Positions 1 to 8,401 of a stretch of DNA of 64,000 nt are shown here, one piece after another; the stretch's first letter is position 1, and every line of letters starts with the position of its first letter. Below the pieces are notes generated by a model that searched no databases, was not told the DNA's origin, and saw only the letters and a list, made by a program, of their open reading frames with translations. Where the stretch lies: the NCBI RefSeq assembly GCF_003334305.1, contig NZ_QOWS01000004.1. One strand, given 5' to 3'. Origin of the DNA: Escherichia coli (GTDB lineage: Bacteria; Pseudomonadota; Gammaproteobacteria; Enterobacterales; Enterobacteriaceae). Both the position numbers and the translations under genes were made by a program.

Positions 1-550
1 GCAGGCGCAGATCCAGCGTGCCATAACGCTGCCACAGCAGCCAGCAAGCAATCGCCAGCAGCAGAGTGCCAAGACGCCCCAGCGCAAACCACAGTTTGCC
101 CTCTTTGCTGTTGCTGGTAAGGAACACCGCACACAAGGCCATGACTTCAGCCATTACCACGAACATGCCGAGGTTGCTGGCGATGACGGCGCAGACGGCG
201 GCAGCCATCAACATATTGATCTGCAAGCCGTTGCACTTCACCTGCGCGTGGCGATGCCAGTCAATGTTGTAGAGGCTGACAAACAGACCGCACAGACCGA
301 GCGTAATCAGCCAAATCGCGTTAAGCGGAGAGATTTGCACATCGTAGCTTACCAGCGACAGCGCACCGCTCACGCCAACCGCGCCAGTCAGTACAGTGAA
401 GCCCGCGGCTGCCGTATACAGACTACCAACCGCGCCGCCAATTCCGGCTATCCAGCCACTTAGCGTCTTTTGAAAAGAAAAGAGAAATGCCAGAACAGCG
501 GCGGCGACAAACCATGCCACGCCGCTATTGATCAGGGAAATTGCGCTCAT
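1..550 (-). CDS. hycC: Formate hydrogenlyase membrane subunit HycC, N-terminal part only (gene runs off the window start)
   Basis: Minus-strand ATG at 548-550 overlaps the hycB stop (ATGA). My translation starts MSAISLINSGVAWFVAAAVLAF, which is hydrophobic and NuoL/HycC-like. Synteny with hycB and hycA. Confidence 0.85.
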   Translation of the reverse strand, partial: MSAISLINSGVAWFVAAAVLAFLFSFQKTLSGWIAGIGGAVGSLYTAAAGFTVLTGAVGVSGALSLVSYDVQISPLNAIWLITLGLCGLFVSLYNIDWHRHAQVKCNGLQINMLMAAAVCAVIASNLGMFVVMAEVMALCAVFLTSNSKEGKLWFALGRLGTLLLAIACWLLWQRYGTLDLRL

Positions 551-1158
551 TTAGCCTCTCCACTTTGAGCCTGCTGAAACAAGGTGAGATCGCCAAAGTC
601 CGTGTTAAAGGTCAGCTCACGCTTACGTTTGCTGACGCGGGCGATATCGGTGTTATCCACCAGATGCAGGGCTTTAGTCGGGCACATCCGCACGCAGGCC
701 GGACCTTGTTCATCAAAACTGCAAAGGTCACATTTGACGGCGATCGCGCGAATACCCGGCACCCAGTCAAGCAGCGTACTGATACGCGCCGGAGCAGGCG
801 GTGCCGGTGGCGCTTTCGGGGTATTGGCATTTGCAGGAATATCCAGCGGACGGCTGCCGGAAAATTCAATTGCGCCAAACGGGCAGGCGATGCCGCACAG
901 CTTGCAGCTTACGCACAGGCTTTCATTCAACTGCACGGCCCCATCAACGCGGGTGATGGCGTTAACCGGGCAGACCACCGCGCAGGGTGCATCTTCACAG
1001 TGGTGACAGAGCTGCGGCGCAGATTCTTTTTCATTTAGCATCACTCTCAGGCGCGGCATTGATTGCAGGCCGTGCTGGCGATGCGTCTCTGAACAGGCGG
1101 CCTCACAAGTGTGGCAGCCGATACAGAGCGTGGAGTCAGCAATTACAAAACGATTCAC
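547..1158 (-). CDS. hycB: Formate hydrogenlyase iron-sulfur subunit HycB (multi-cluster ferredoxin)
   Basis: 203-aa ORF with repeated CxxCxxCxxxCP motifs (CIGCHTCEAAC, CHHCEDAPC, CVSCKLCGIACP, CDLC...CVRMCP). hyc synteny. Confidence 0.95.
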   Translation of the reverse strand: MNRFVIADSTLCIGCHTCEAACSETHRQHGLQSMPRLRVMLNEKESAPQLCHHCEDAPCAVVCPVNAITRVDGAVQLNESLCVSCKLCGIACPFGAIEFSGSRPLDIPANANTPKAPPAPPAPARISTLLDWVPGIRAIAVKCDLCSFDEQGPACVRMCPTKALHLVDNTDIARVSKRKRELTFNTDFGDLTLFQQAQSGEAK

Positions 1159-1208
1159 CAGGCATTCCTCAGGTGATTGTCATTTTTGACGAAAACATGC
1201 CGATGAAA

Positions 1209-1233
1209 TGTCATTTTCGACACTCATCGACAC
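1209..1233. promoter_or_regulatory. Putative FhlA upstream activating sequence (copy 1, hycB-hycA spacer)
   Basis: tgtcattttcgacactcatcgacac is nearly repeated at 1862-1884 (tgtcatttcgacatcatcgacat). FhlA-dependent UAS elements are known to flank hycA. Confidence 0.55.
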
Positions 1234-1282
1234 GCCCATCCCCAAACAGGCGTAACGCCTGCAAAACGGGCAAAGCCTCAGC

Positions 1283-1744
1283 TCATGCTGCCGGGCTTTG
1301 TCCCTTTACCAGTTGGCTTAAATTCACCGGCACATTGTTTTCAATGGCGGTGTATAAGCTGTCGTAAACGCCAGCGATTTTTTCGAGATAGTGTTCCAGA
1401 ACCTGTTCGCGATCGCGGATGTTGACCTTGCCATCAATCATGCCGTCAATGCTCAGTTGCGCCTGCGCAATCCGCTGTTTGTCTTCGCCATCTTTTGTTT
1501 CGACGTAATACTCGATGGTGTGGCTGTTAAAGCCATCCGCCAGGGTGACGTAAATACGAAAATGTTCAAAAAGGACGAAACAGAGTTCTTTGTCCGGCGC
1601 GCAGCTCATGGCGTGATGCAGGCGCGCTTTCGATAACGTGATCCCCTGAACCAGCGAATTGCAGTAGATGTGCCACTGGTCCTGTAGGCGACGATGCCGC
1701 TGTGCGATGTAATCGGCTTTCTCGCTTATTTCCCAAATAGTCAT
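1283..1744 (-). CDS. hycA: Formate hydrogenlyase regulatory protein HycA
   Basis: 153-aa ORF MTIWEISEKADYIAQRHRRLQDQW... First gene downstream of a sigma54 promoter and divergent from hypA. Confidence 0.95.
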   Translation of the reverse strand: MTIWEISEKADYIAQRHRRLQDQWHIYCNSLVQGITLSKARLHHAMSCAPDKELCFVLFEHFRIYVTLADGFNSHTIEYYVETKDGEDKQRIAQAQLSIDGMIDGKVNIRDREQVLEHYLEKIAGVYDSLYTAIENNVPVNLSQLVKGQSPAA

Positions 1745-1780
1745 TGTCAGGTTACCCGTTTAACAGAGATGCCAGCTTTA

Positions 1781-1796
1781 AGCATTTTTTGTGCCA
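1781..1796 (-). promoter_or_regulatory. Sigma54 (-24/-12) promoter of the hyc operon
   Basis: Minus strand reads TGGCACaaaaaaTGCT, matching TGGCAC-N5-TTGCW, about 40 nt upstream of the hycA ATG. Confidence 0.7.
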
Positions 1797-1852
1797 ACTT
1801 TTAATTTATTGTTATTAAAGAGATTTTTAAGCTAAAGATGAATTTCGTCGCC

Positions 1853-1884
1853 GTGTCGACGTGTCATTTCGACATCATCGACAT
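1853..1884. promoter_or_regulatory. Putative FhlA upstream activating sequence (copy 2, hycA-hypA spacer)
   Basis: gtgtcgacgtgtcatttcgacatcatcgacat repeats the motif at 1209-1233 and lies between two divergent sigma54 promoters. Confidence 0.55.
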
Positions 1885-1909
1885 TATTCACCGCAGGGAT
1901 AATCAACAC

Positions 1910-1925
1910 TGGCACAATTATTGCT
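1910..1925 (+). promoter_or_regulatory. Sigma54 (-24/-12) promoter of the hyp operon
   Basis: TGGCACaattaTTGCT, a near-perfect -24/-12 element, 30 nt upstream of the hypA ATG. Confidence 0.7.
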
Positions 1926-1955
1926 TGTAGCTGGCAATAGTTAATGGGAGGCGAT

Positions 1956-2306
1956 ATGCACGAAATAACCCTCTGCCAACGGGCACTGGAATTGATCGAA
2001 CAGCAGGCCGCAAAACACGGCGCAAAACGCGTAACTGGGGTCTGGCTCAAAATTGGCGCATTTTCTTGTGTCGAAACCAGCTCTCTTGCCTTTTGTTTTG
2101 ATCTGGTTTGCCGCGGCAGCGTGGCGGAAGGTTGTAAACTGCACCTCGAAGAACAAGAGGCCGAATGCTGGTGTGAAACATGCCAACAGTATGTGACGCT
2201 ACTGACCCAGCGCGTCCGCCGCTGTCCACAGTGTCATGGTGACATGCTACAGATTGTGGCAGACGACGGTTTACAGATTCGGCGGATAGAAATAGACCAG
2301 GAGTGA
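1956..2306 (+). CDS. hypA: Hydrogenase nickel-insertion protein HypA
   Basis: MHEITLCQRALELIEQQAAKHGAKRV... with zinc motifs CxxC...CPQC. GGGAGG lies 5 nt upstream of the ATG at 1956, so the ORF-track start at 1944 is probably too early. Confidence 0.93.
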   Translation: MHEITLCQRALELIEQQAAKHGAKRVTGVWLKIGAFSCVETSSLAFCFDLVCRGSVAEGCKLHLEEQEAECWCETCQQYVTLLTQRVRRCPQCHGDMLQIVADDGLQIRRIEIDQE

Positions 2307-2309
2307 GCG

Positions 2310-3182
2310 ATGTGTACAACATGCGGTTGCGGTGAAGGCAACCTGTATATCGAGGGTGATGAACATAACCCTCATTCCGCGTTTCGTAGCGCGCCATTTG
2401 CCCCGGCGGCACGCCCGAAGATGAAAATCACCGGCATTAAAGCGCCTGAATTTACCCCCAGCCAGACTGAAGAAGGCGACCTGCATTACGGTCATGGCGA
2501 AGCGGGCACTCACGCACCGGGCATGAGCCAGCGTCGGATGCTGGAAGTCGAAATTGACGTGCTGGACAAAAACAACCGTCTGGCTGAACGCAACCGCGCG
2601 CGCTTTGCTGCCCGCAAGCAACTGGTGCTCAACCTGGTTTCCAGCCCTGGTTCCGGTAAAACCACCCTGCTGACGGAAACCTTAATGCGCCTGAAAGACA
2701 GCGTTCCGTGCGCGGTTATTGAAGGTGACCAGCAAACCGTGAACGATGCCGCACGCATTCGCGCTACCGGCACACCAGCGATTCAGGTGAACACCGGTAA
2801 AGGCTGCCATCTTGACGCACAGATGATTGCCGACGCCGCACCGCGTCTGCCACTGGACGATAACGGTATTCTGTTTATCGAAAACGTTGGCAACCTCGTA
2901 TGCCCGGCCAGCTTCGATCTCGGTGAAAAACACAAAGTGGCGGTGCTTTCCGTTACCGAAGGTGAAGACAAACCGCTGAAATATCCGCATATGTTTGCCG
3001 CCGCCTCGCTGATGCTGCTCAACAAAGTTGACCTGTTGCCGTATCTCAACTTTGACGTTGAAAAGTGCATCGCCTGCGCCCGCGAAGTCAATCCAGAAAT
3101 TGAAATCATCCTTATTTCCGCCACCAGCGGTGAAGGGATGGACCAGTGGCTGAACTGGCTGGAGACACAGCGATGTGCATAG
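2310..3182 (+). CDS. hypB: Hydrogenase maturation GTPase / nickel-binding protein HypB
   Basis: 290 aa with N-terminal MCTTCGCG metal site and P-loop [11 protein letters not shown]. hyp synteny. Confidence 0.95.
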   Translation: MCTTCGCGEGNLYIEGDEHNPHSAFRSAPFAPAARPKMKITGIKAPEFTPSQTEEGDLHYGHGEAGTHAPGMSQRRMLEVEIDVLDKNNRLAERNRARFAARKQLVLNLVSSPGSGKTTLLTETLMRLKDSVPCAVIEGDQQTVNDAARIRATGTPAIQVNTGKGCHLDAQMIADAAPRLPLDDNGILFIENVGNLVCPASFDLGEKHKVAVLSVTEGEDKPLKYPHMFAAASLMLLNKVDLLPYLNFDVEKCIACAREVNPEIEIILISATSGEGMDQWLNWLETQRCA

Positions 3183-3445
3183 GCGTTCCCGGCCAGATCC
3201 GCACCATTGACGGCAACCAGGCAAAAGTCGACGTCTGCGGCATTCAGCGCGATGTCGATTTAACGTTAGTCGGCAGCTGCGATGAAAACGGTCAGCCGCG
3301 CGTGGGCCAGTGGGTACTGGTACACGTTGGCTTTGCCATGAGCGTAATTAATGAAGCCGAAGCACGCGACACTCTCGACGCCTTACAAAACATGTTTGAC
3401 GTTGAGCCGGATGTCGGCGCGCTGTTGTATGGCGAGGAAAAATAA
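3173..3445 (+). CDS. hypC: Hydrogenase maturation chaperone HypC
   Basis: Starts MCIGVPGQI (the conserved N-terminal Cys after Met defines HypC). The internal ATG at 3173 within the ORF-track entry 3146-3445 overlaps the hypB end. Confidence 0.9.
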   Translation: MCIGVPGQIRTIDGNQAKVDVCGIQRDVDLTLVGSCDENGQPRVGQWVLVHVGFAMSVINEAEARDTLDALQNMFDVEPDVGALLYGEEK

Positions 3446-4566
3446 TGCGTTTTGTTGATGAATATCGCGCGCCGGAACAGGTGATGCAGTTAATTGAGCA
3501 TCTGCGCGAACGTGCTTCACATCTCTCTTACACCGCCGAACGCCCTCTGCGGATTATGGAAGTGTGCGGTGGTCATACCCACGCTATTTTTAAATTCGGC
3601 CTCGACCAGTTACTGCCTGAAAACGTTGAGTTTATCCACGGTCCGGGTTGCCCGGTGTGCGTACTGCCGATGGGTAGAATCGACACCTGCGTGGAGATTG
3701 CCAGCCATCCGGAAGTCATCTTCTGTACCTTTGGCGACGCCATGCGCGTACCAGGGAAACAGGGATCGCTGTTGCAGGCAAAAGCACGCGGTGCCGATGT
3801 GCGCATCGTTTACTCGCCGATGGATGCGTTGAAACTGGCGCAGGAGAATCCAACCCGCAAAGTGGTGTTCTTCGGCTTAGGTTTTGAAACCACCATGCCG
3901 ACCACCGCCATCACTCTGCAACAGGCGAAAGCGCGTGATGTGCAGAATTTTTACTTCTTCTGCCAGCATATTACGCTTATCCCGACGCTTCGCAGTTTGC
4001 TGGAACAGCCGGATAACGGTATCGACGCGTTCCTCGCGCCGGGCCACGTTAGTATGGTTATCGGCACTGATGCCTATAATTTTATCGCCAGCGATTTTCA
4101 TCGTCCGCTGGTGGTGGCTGGTTTCGAACCGCTTGATCTACTGCAAGGCGTGGTCATGCTGGTGGAGCAGAAAATAGCGGCCCACAGCAAGGTAGAGAAT
4201 CAGTATCGTCGGGTGGTACCGGATGCCGGTAACCTGCTGGCGCAACAGGCGATTGCCGATGTGTTCTGTGTCAACGGCGACAGCGAATGGCGCGGCTTAG
4301 GCGTGATTGAATCTTCTGGTGTACACCTGACGCCAGATTATCAACGATTCGATGCCGAAGCGCATTTCCGCCCGGCACCGCAGCAGGTCTGCGATGACCC
4401 GCGCGCACGTTGTGGTGAAGTATTAACGGGCAAATGTAAGCCGCATCAATGCCCGCTGTTTGGTAACACCTGTAATCCTCAAACCGCATTTGGTGCACTG
4501 ATGGTCTCCTCCGAAGGAGCGTGCGCCGCGTGGTATCAGTATCGTCAGCAGGAGAGTGAAGCGTGA
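3445..4566 (+). CDS. hypD: Hydrogenase maturation Fe-S protein HypD
   Basis: 373 aa with CGGHTHAI and GPGCPVCV motifs. Start overlaps the hypC stop (TAATG). Confidence 0.95.
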   Translation: MRFVDEYRAPEQVMQLIEHLRERASHLSYTAERPLRIMEVCGGHTHAIFKFGLDQLLPENVEFIHGPGCPVCVLPMGRIDTCVEIASHPEVIFCTFGDAMRVPGKQGSLLQAKARGADVRIVYSPMDALKLAQENPTRKVVFFGLGFETTMPTTAITLQQAKARDVQNFYFFCQHITLIPTLRSLLEQPDNGIDAFLAPGHVSMVIGTDAYNFIASDFHRPLVVAGFEPLDLLQGVVMLVEQKIAAHSKVENQYRRVVPDAGNLLAQQAIADVFCVNGDSEWRGLGVIESSGVHLTPDYQRFDAEAHFRPAPQQVCDDPRARCGEVLTGKCKPHQCPLFGNTCNPQTAFGALMVSSEGACAAWYQYRQQESEA

Positions 4567-5573
4567 ATAATATCCAACTCGCCCACGGCAGCGGCGGCCA
4601 GGCGATGCAGCAATTAATCAACAGCCTGTTTATGGAAGCCTTTGCCAACCCGTGGCTGGCAGAGCAGGAAGATCAGGCACGTCTTGATCTGGCGCAGCTG
4701 GTAGCAGAAGGCGATCGTCTGGCGTTCTCCACCGACAGTTACGTCATTGACCCGCTGTTCTTTCCTGGCGGTAATATCGGCAAGCTGGCGATTTGCGGCA
4801 CTGCGAATGACGTTGCGGTCAGTGGCGCTATTCCGCGCTATCTCTCCTGTGGCTTTATCCTCGAAGAAGGATTGCCGATGGAGACACTGAAAGCCGTAGT
4901 GACCAGCATGGCAGAAACCGCCCGCACGGCAGGCATTGCCATCGTTACTGGCGATACTAAAGTGGTGCAGCGCGGCGCGGCAGATAAACTGTTTATCAAC
5001 ACCGCTGGCATGGGCGCAATTCCGGCGAATATTCACTGGGGCGCACAGACGCTAACCGCAGGCGATGTATTACTGGTTAGCGGCACGCTCGGCGACCACG
5101 GGGCGACTATCCTTAACCTGCGTGAGCAGCTGGGGCTGGATGGCGAACTGGTCAGCGACTGCGCGGTACTGACGCCGCTTATTCAGACGCTGCGTGACAT
5201 TCCCGGCGTGAAAGCGCTGCGTGATGCCACCCGTGGTGGTGTGAACGCGGTAGTTCATGAGTTCGCGGCAGCCTGCGGTTGTGGTATTGAAATTTCAGAA
5301 GCGGCACTGCCGGTTAAACCTGCTGTGCGCGGCGTTTGCGAACTGCTGGGACTGGACGCCCTTAACTTTGCCAACGAAGGCAAACTGGTGATCGCCGTTG
5401 AACGCAACGCGGCAGAGCAAGTGCTGGCAGCGTTACATTCCCATCCACTGGGAAAAGACGCGGCGCTGATTGGTGAAGTGGTGGAACGTAAAGGTGTTCG
5501 TCTTGCCGGTCTGTATGGCGTGAAACGAACCCTCGATTTACCACACGCCGAACCGCTTCCGCGTATATGCTAA
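4563..5573 (+). CDS. hypE: Hydrogenase maturation carbamoyl dehydratase HypE
   Basis: 336 aa of the AIR-synthase-like fold, ending in the ...PRIC C-terminal Cys motif. 4-nt overlap with hypD. Confidence 0.95.
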   Translation: MNNIQLAHGSGGQAMQQLINSLFMEAFANPWLAEQEDQARLDLAQLVAEGDRLAFSTDSYVIDPLFFPGGNIGKLAICGTANDVAVSGAIPRYLSCGFILEEGLPMETLKAVVTSMAETARTAGIAIVTGDTKVVQRGAADKLFINTAGMGAIPANIHWGAQTLTAGDVLLVSGTLGDHGATILNLREQLGLDGELVSDCAVLTPLIQTLRDIPGVKALRDATRGGVNAVVHEFAAACGCGIEISEAALPVKPAVRGVCELLGLDALNFANEGKLVIAVERNAAEQVLAALHSHPLGKDAALIGEVVERKGVRLAGLYGVKRTLDLPHAEPLPRIC

Positions 5574-5646
5574 TAAAATTCTAAATCTCCTATAGTTAGT
5601 CAATGACCTTTTGCACCGCTTTGCGGTGCTTTCCTGGAAGAACAAA

Positions 5647-7725
5647 ATGTCATATACACCGATGAGTGATCTCGGACAGCAAGGGTTGTTCGACATCACT
5701 CGGACACTATTGCAGCAGCCCGATCTGGCCTCGCTGTGTGAGGCTCTTTCGCAACTGGTAAAGCGTTCTGCGCTCGCCGACAACGCGGCTATTGTGTTGT
5801 GGCAAGCGCAGACTCAACGTGCGTCTTATTACGCATCGCGTGAAAAAGACACCCCCATTAAATATGAAGACGAAACTGTTCTGGCACACGGTCCGGTACG
5901 CAGCATTTTGTCGCGCCCTGATACGCTGCATTGCAGTTACGAAGAATTTTGTGAAACCTGGCCGCAGCTGGCCGCAGGTGGGCTATACCCAAAATTTGGT
6001 CACTATTGCCTGATGCCACTGGCGGCGGAAGGGCATATTTTTGGTGGCTGTGAATTTATTCGTTATGACGATCGCCCCTGGAGCGAAAAAGAGTTCAATC
6101 GTCTGCAAACATTTACGCAGATCGTTTCTGTCGTCACCGAACAAATCCAGAGCCGCGTCGTTAACAATGTCGACTATGAGTTGTTATGCCGGGAACGCGA
6201 TAACTTCCGCATCCTGGTCGCCATCACCAACGCGGTGCTTTCCCGCCTGGATATGGACGAACTGGTCAGCGAAGTCGCCAAAGAAATCCATTACTATTTC
6301 GACATTGACGATATCAGTATCGTCTTACGCAGCCACCGTAAAAACAAACTCAACATCTACTCCACTCACTATCTTGATAAACAGCATCCCGCCCACGAAC
6401 AGAGCGAAGTCGATGAAGCCGGAACCCTCACCGAACGCGTGTTCAAAAGTAAAGAGATGCTGCTGATCAATCTCCACGAGCGGGACGATTTAGCCCCCTA
6501 TGAACGCATGTTGTTCGACACCTGGGGCAACCAGATTCAAACCTTGTGCCTGTTACCGCTGATGTCTGGCGACACCATGCTGGGCGTGCTGAAACTGGCG
6601 CAATGCGAAGAGAAAGTGTTTACCACTACCAATCTGAATTTACTGCGCCAGATTGCCGAACGTGTGGCAATCGCTGTCGATAACGCCCTCGCCTATCAGG
6701 AAATCCATCGTCTGAAAGAACGGCTGGTTGATGAAAACCTCGCCCTGACCGAGCAGCTCAACAATGTTGATAGTGAATTTGGCGAGATTATTGGCCGCAG
6801 CGAAGCCATGTACAGCGTGCTTAAACAAGTTGAAATGGTGGCGCAAAGTGACAGTACCGTGCTGATCCTCGGTGAAACTGGCACGGGTAAAGAGCTGATT
6901 GCCCGTGCGATCCATAATCTCAGTGGGCGTAATAATCGCCGCATGGTCAAAATGAACTGCGCGGCGATGCCTGCCGGATTGCTGGAAAGCGATCTGTTTG
7001 GTCATGAGCGTGGGGCTTTTACCGGTGCCAGCGCCCAGCGCATTGGTCGTTTTGAACTGGCGGATAAAAGCTCCCTGTTCCTCGACGAAGTGGGCGATAT
7101 GCCACTGGAGTTACAGCCGAAGTTGCTGCGTGTATTGCAGGAACAGGAGTTTGAACGTCTCGGCAGCAACAAAATCATTCAGACGGACGTGCGTCTAATC
7201 GCCGCGACTAACCGCGATCTGAAAAAAATGGTCGCCGACCGTGAGTTCCGTAGCGATCTCTATTACCGCCTGAACGTATTCCCGATTCACCTGCCGCCAC
7301 TACGCGAGCGTCCGGAAGATATTCCGCTGCTGGCGAAAGCCTTTACCTTCAAAATTGCCCGTCGTCTGGGGCGCAATATCGACAGCATTCCTGCCGAGAC
7401 GCTGCGCACCTTGAGCAACATGGAGTGGCCGGGTAACGTACGCGAACTGGAAAACGTCATTGAGCGCGCGGTATTGCTAACACGCGGTAACGTGCTGCAG
7501 CTGTCATTGCCAGATATTGTTTTACCGGAACCTGAAACGCCGCCTGCCGCAACGGTTGTCGCCCAGGAGGGCGAAGATGAATATCAGTTGATTGTTCGCG
7601 TGCTGAAAGAAACCAACGGCGTGGTTGCCGGGCCTAAAGGCGCTGCGCAACGTCTGGGGCTGAAACGCACGACCCTGCTGTCACGGATGAAGCGGCTGGG
7701 AATTGATAAATCGGCATTGATTTAA
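5647..7725 (+). CDS. fhlA: Formate hydrogenlyase transcriptional activator FhlA (sigma54 enhancer-binding protein)
   Basis: MSYTPMSDLGQQGLF... with the AAA+ sigma54-interaction domain (GETGTGKE, GAFTGA) and a C-terminal HTH. The ATG at 5647 gives 692 aa. Confidence 0.95.
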   Translation: MSYTPMSDLGQQGLFDITRTLLQQPDLASLCEALSQLVKRSALADNAAIVLWQAQTQRASYYASREKDTPIKYEDETVLAHGPVRSILSRPDTLHCSYEEFCETWPQLAAGGLYPKFGHYCLMPLAAEGHIFGGCEFIRYDDRPWSEKEFNRLQTFTQIVSVVTEQIQSRVVNNVDYELLCRERDNFRILVAITNAVLSRLDMDELVSEVAKEIHYYFDIDDISIVLRSHRKNKLNIYSTHYLDKQHPAHEQSEVDEAGTLTERVFKSKEMLLINLHERDDLAPYERMLFDTWGNQIQTLCLLPLMSGDTMLGVLKLAQCEEKVFTTTNLNLLRQIAERVAIAVDNALAYQEIHRLKERLVDENLALTEQLNNVDSEFGEIIGRSEAMYSVLKQVEMVAQSDSTVLILGETGTGKELIARAIHNLSGRNNRRMVKMNCAAMPAGLLESDLFGHERGAFTGASAQRIGRFELADKSSLFLDEVGDMPLELQPKLLRVLQEQEFERLGSNKIIQTDVRLIAATNRDLKKMVADREFRSDLYYRLNVFPIHLPPLRERPEDIPLLAKAFTFKIARRLGRNIDSIPAETLRTLSNMEWPGNVRELENVIERAVLLTRGNVLQLSLPDIVLPEPETPPAATVVAQEGEDEYQLIVRVLKETNGVVAGPKGAAQRLGLKRTTLLSRMKRLGIDKSALI

Positions 7726-7734
7726 CTGCAAATT

Positions 7735-7758
7735 GCCGGACAGATCTGCCTGTCCGGC
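7735..7758. terminator. Hairpin between convergent fhlA and ygbA (probable bidirectional terminator)
   Basis: GCCGGACAG-atctgc-CTGTCCGGC, a perfect 9-bp stem. Confidence 0.55.
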
Positions 7759-7761
7759 ATA

Positions 7762-8115
7762 CTATTCACGAGGTTTTTTCGGACGATATTTTTCCGGCAG
7801 TTCTGGCACCGGACGCTTGTCATCGATGAGATGACGCACGGTTAAGATCGGATGACGCCACAGCATTCTCGGCCCGGCCCAACGCATAATCTGTTTCATC
7901 TCTTCACGCTTTGCAGGCTGGTAACAGTGCACCGGACACTGCTTACAGGCTGGTTTCTCTTCGCCGAACACACATTTATCCAGCCGCTTTTGCGCGTAAA
8001 CAAACAACGCCTCGTAATGCTCCGGCTCCGCTGACGCCTGCGGGCATTTCGCTTGATAAAGATCGATCATTTTTTTAATCGTCAGTTTTTCACGAGAGAT
8101 ACGCTTGCCGGACAT
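7762..8115 (-). CDS. ygbA: Nitrous oxide-stimulated promoter family protein YgbA (Cys-rich, function unknown)
   Basis: 117-aa ORF MSGKRISREKLTIKKMIDLYQ... with CKQCPVHC. Position between fhlA and mutS. Confidence 0.85.
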   Translation of the reverse strand: MSGKRISREKLTIKKMIDLYQAKCPQASAEPEHYEALFVYAQKRLDKCVFGEEKPACKQCPVHCYQPAKREEMKQIMRWAGPRMLWRHPILTVRHLIDDKRPVPELPEKYRPKKPRE

Positions 8116-8132
8116 GCTGCCTCCACCTCATT

Positions 8133-8155
8133 AAGATGTATTTATATTACATCTT
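8133..8155. promoter_or_regulatory. Putative NsrR operator in the ygbA promoter
   Basis: AAGATGTAtttatatTACATCTT has perfect 8-nt inverted arms and lies 18 nt upstream of the ygbA ATG. It resembles the AAGATGcATTT-type NsrR inverted repeat, and ygbA is a known NsrR regulon member. Confidence 0.6.
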
Positions 8156-8401
8156 AATCTTAAAGGGCACTATGACTCTAAAGAAGAAAGGTTCGCCAAC
8201 CGACGCAATTTTGCGTACTTGCTTCATAAGCATCACGCAAAAGCTGCAAAACAGCATCTTTCCCGGAACCAGCATCAAGAACTCACCGTTCGCTTCTTCC
8301 CCTGAAATGATTAACTCCGGTATCATGTGCGCCTTATGTGATTACAACGAAAATAAAAACCATCACACCCCATTTAATATCAGGGAACCGGACATAACCC
8401 C

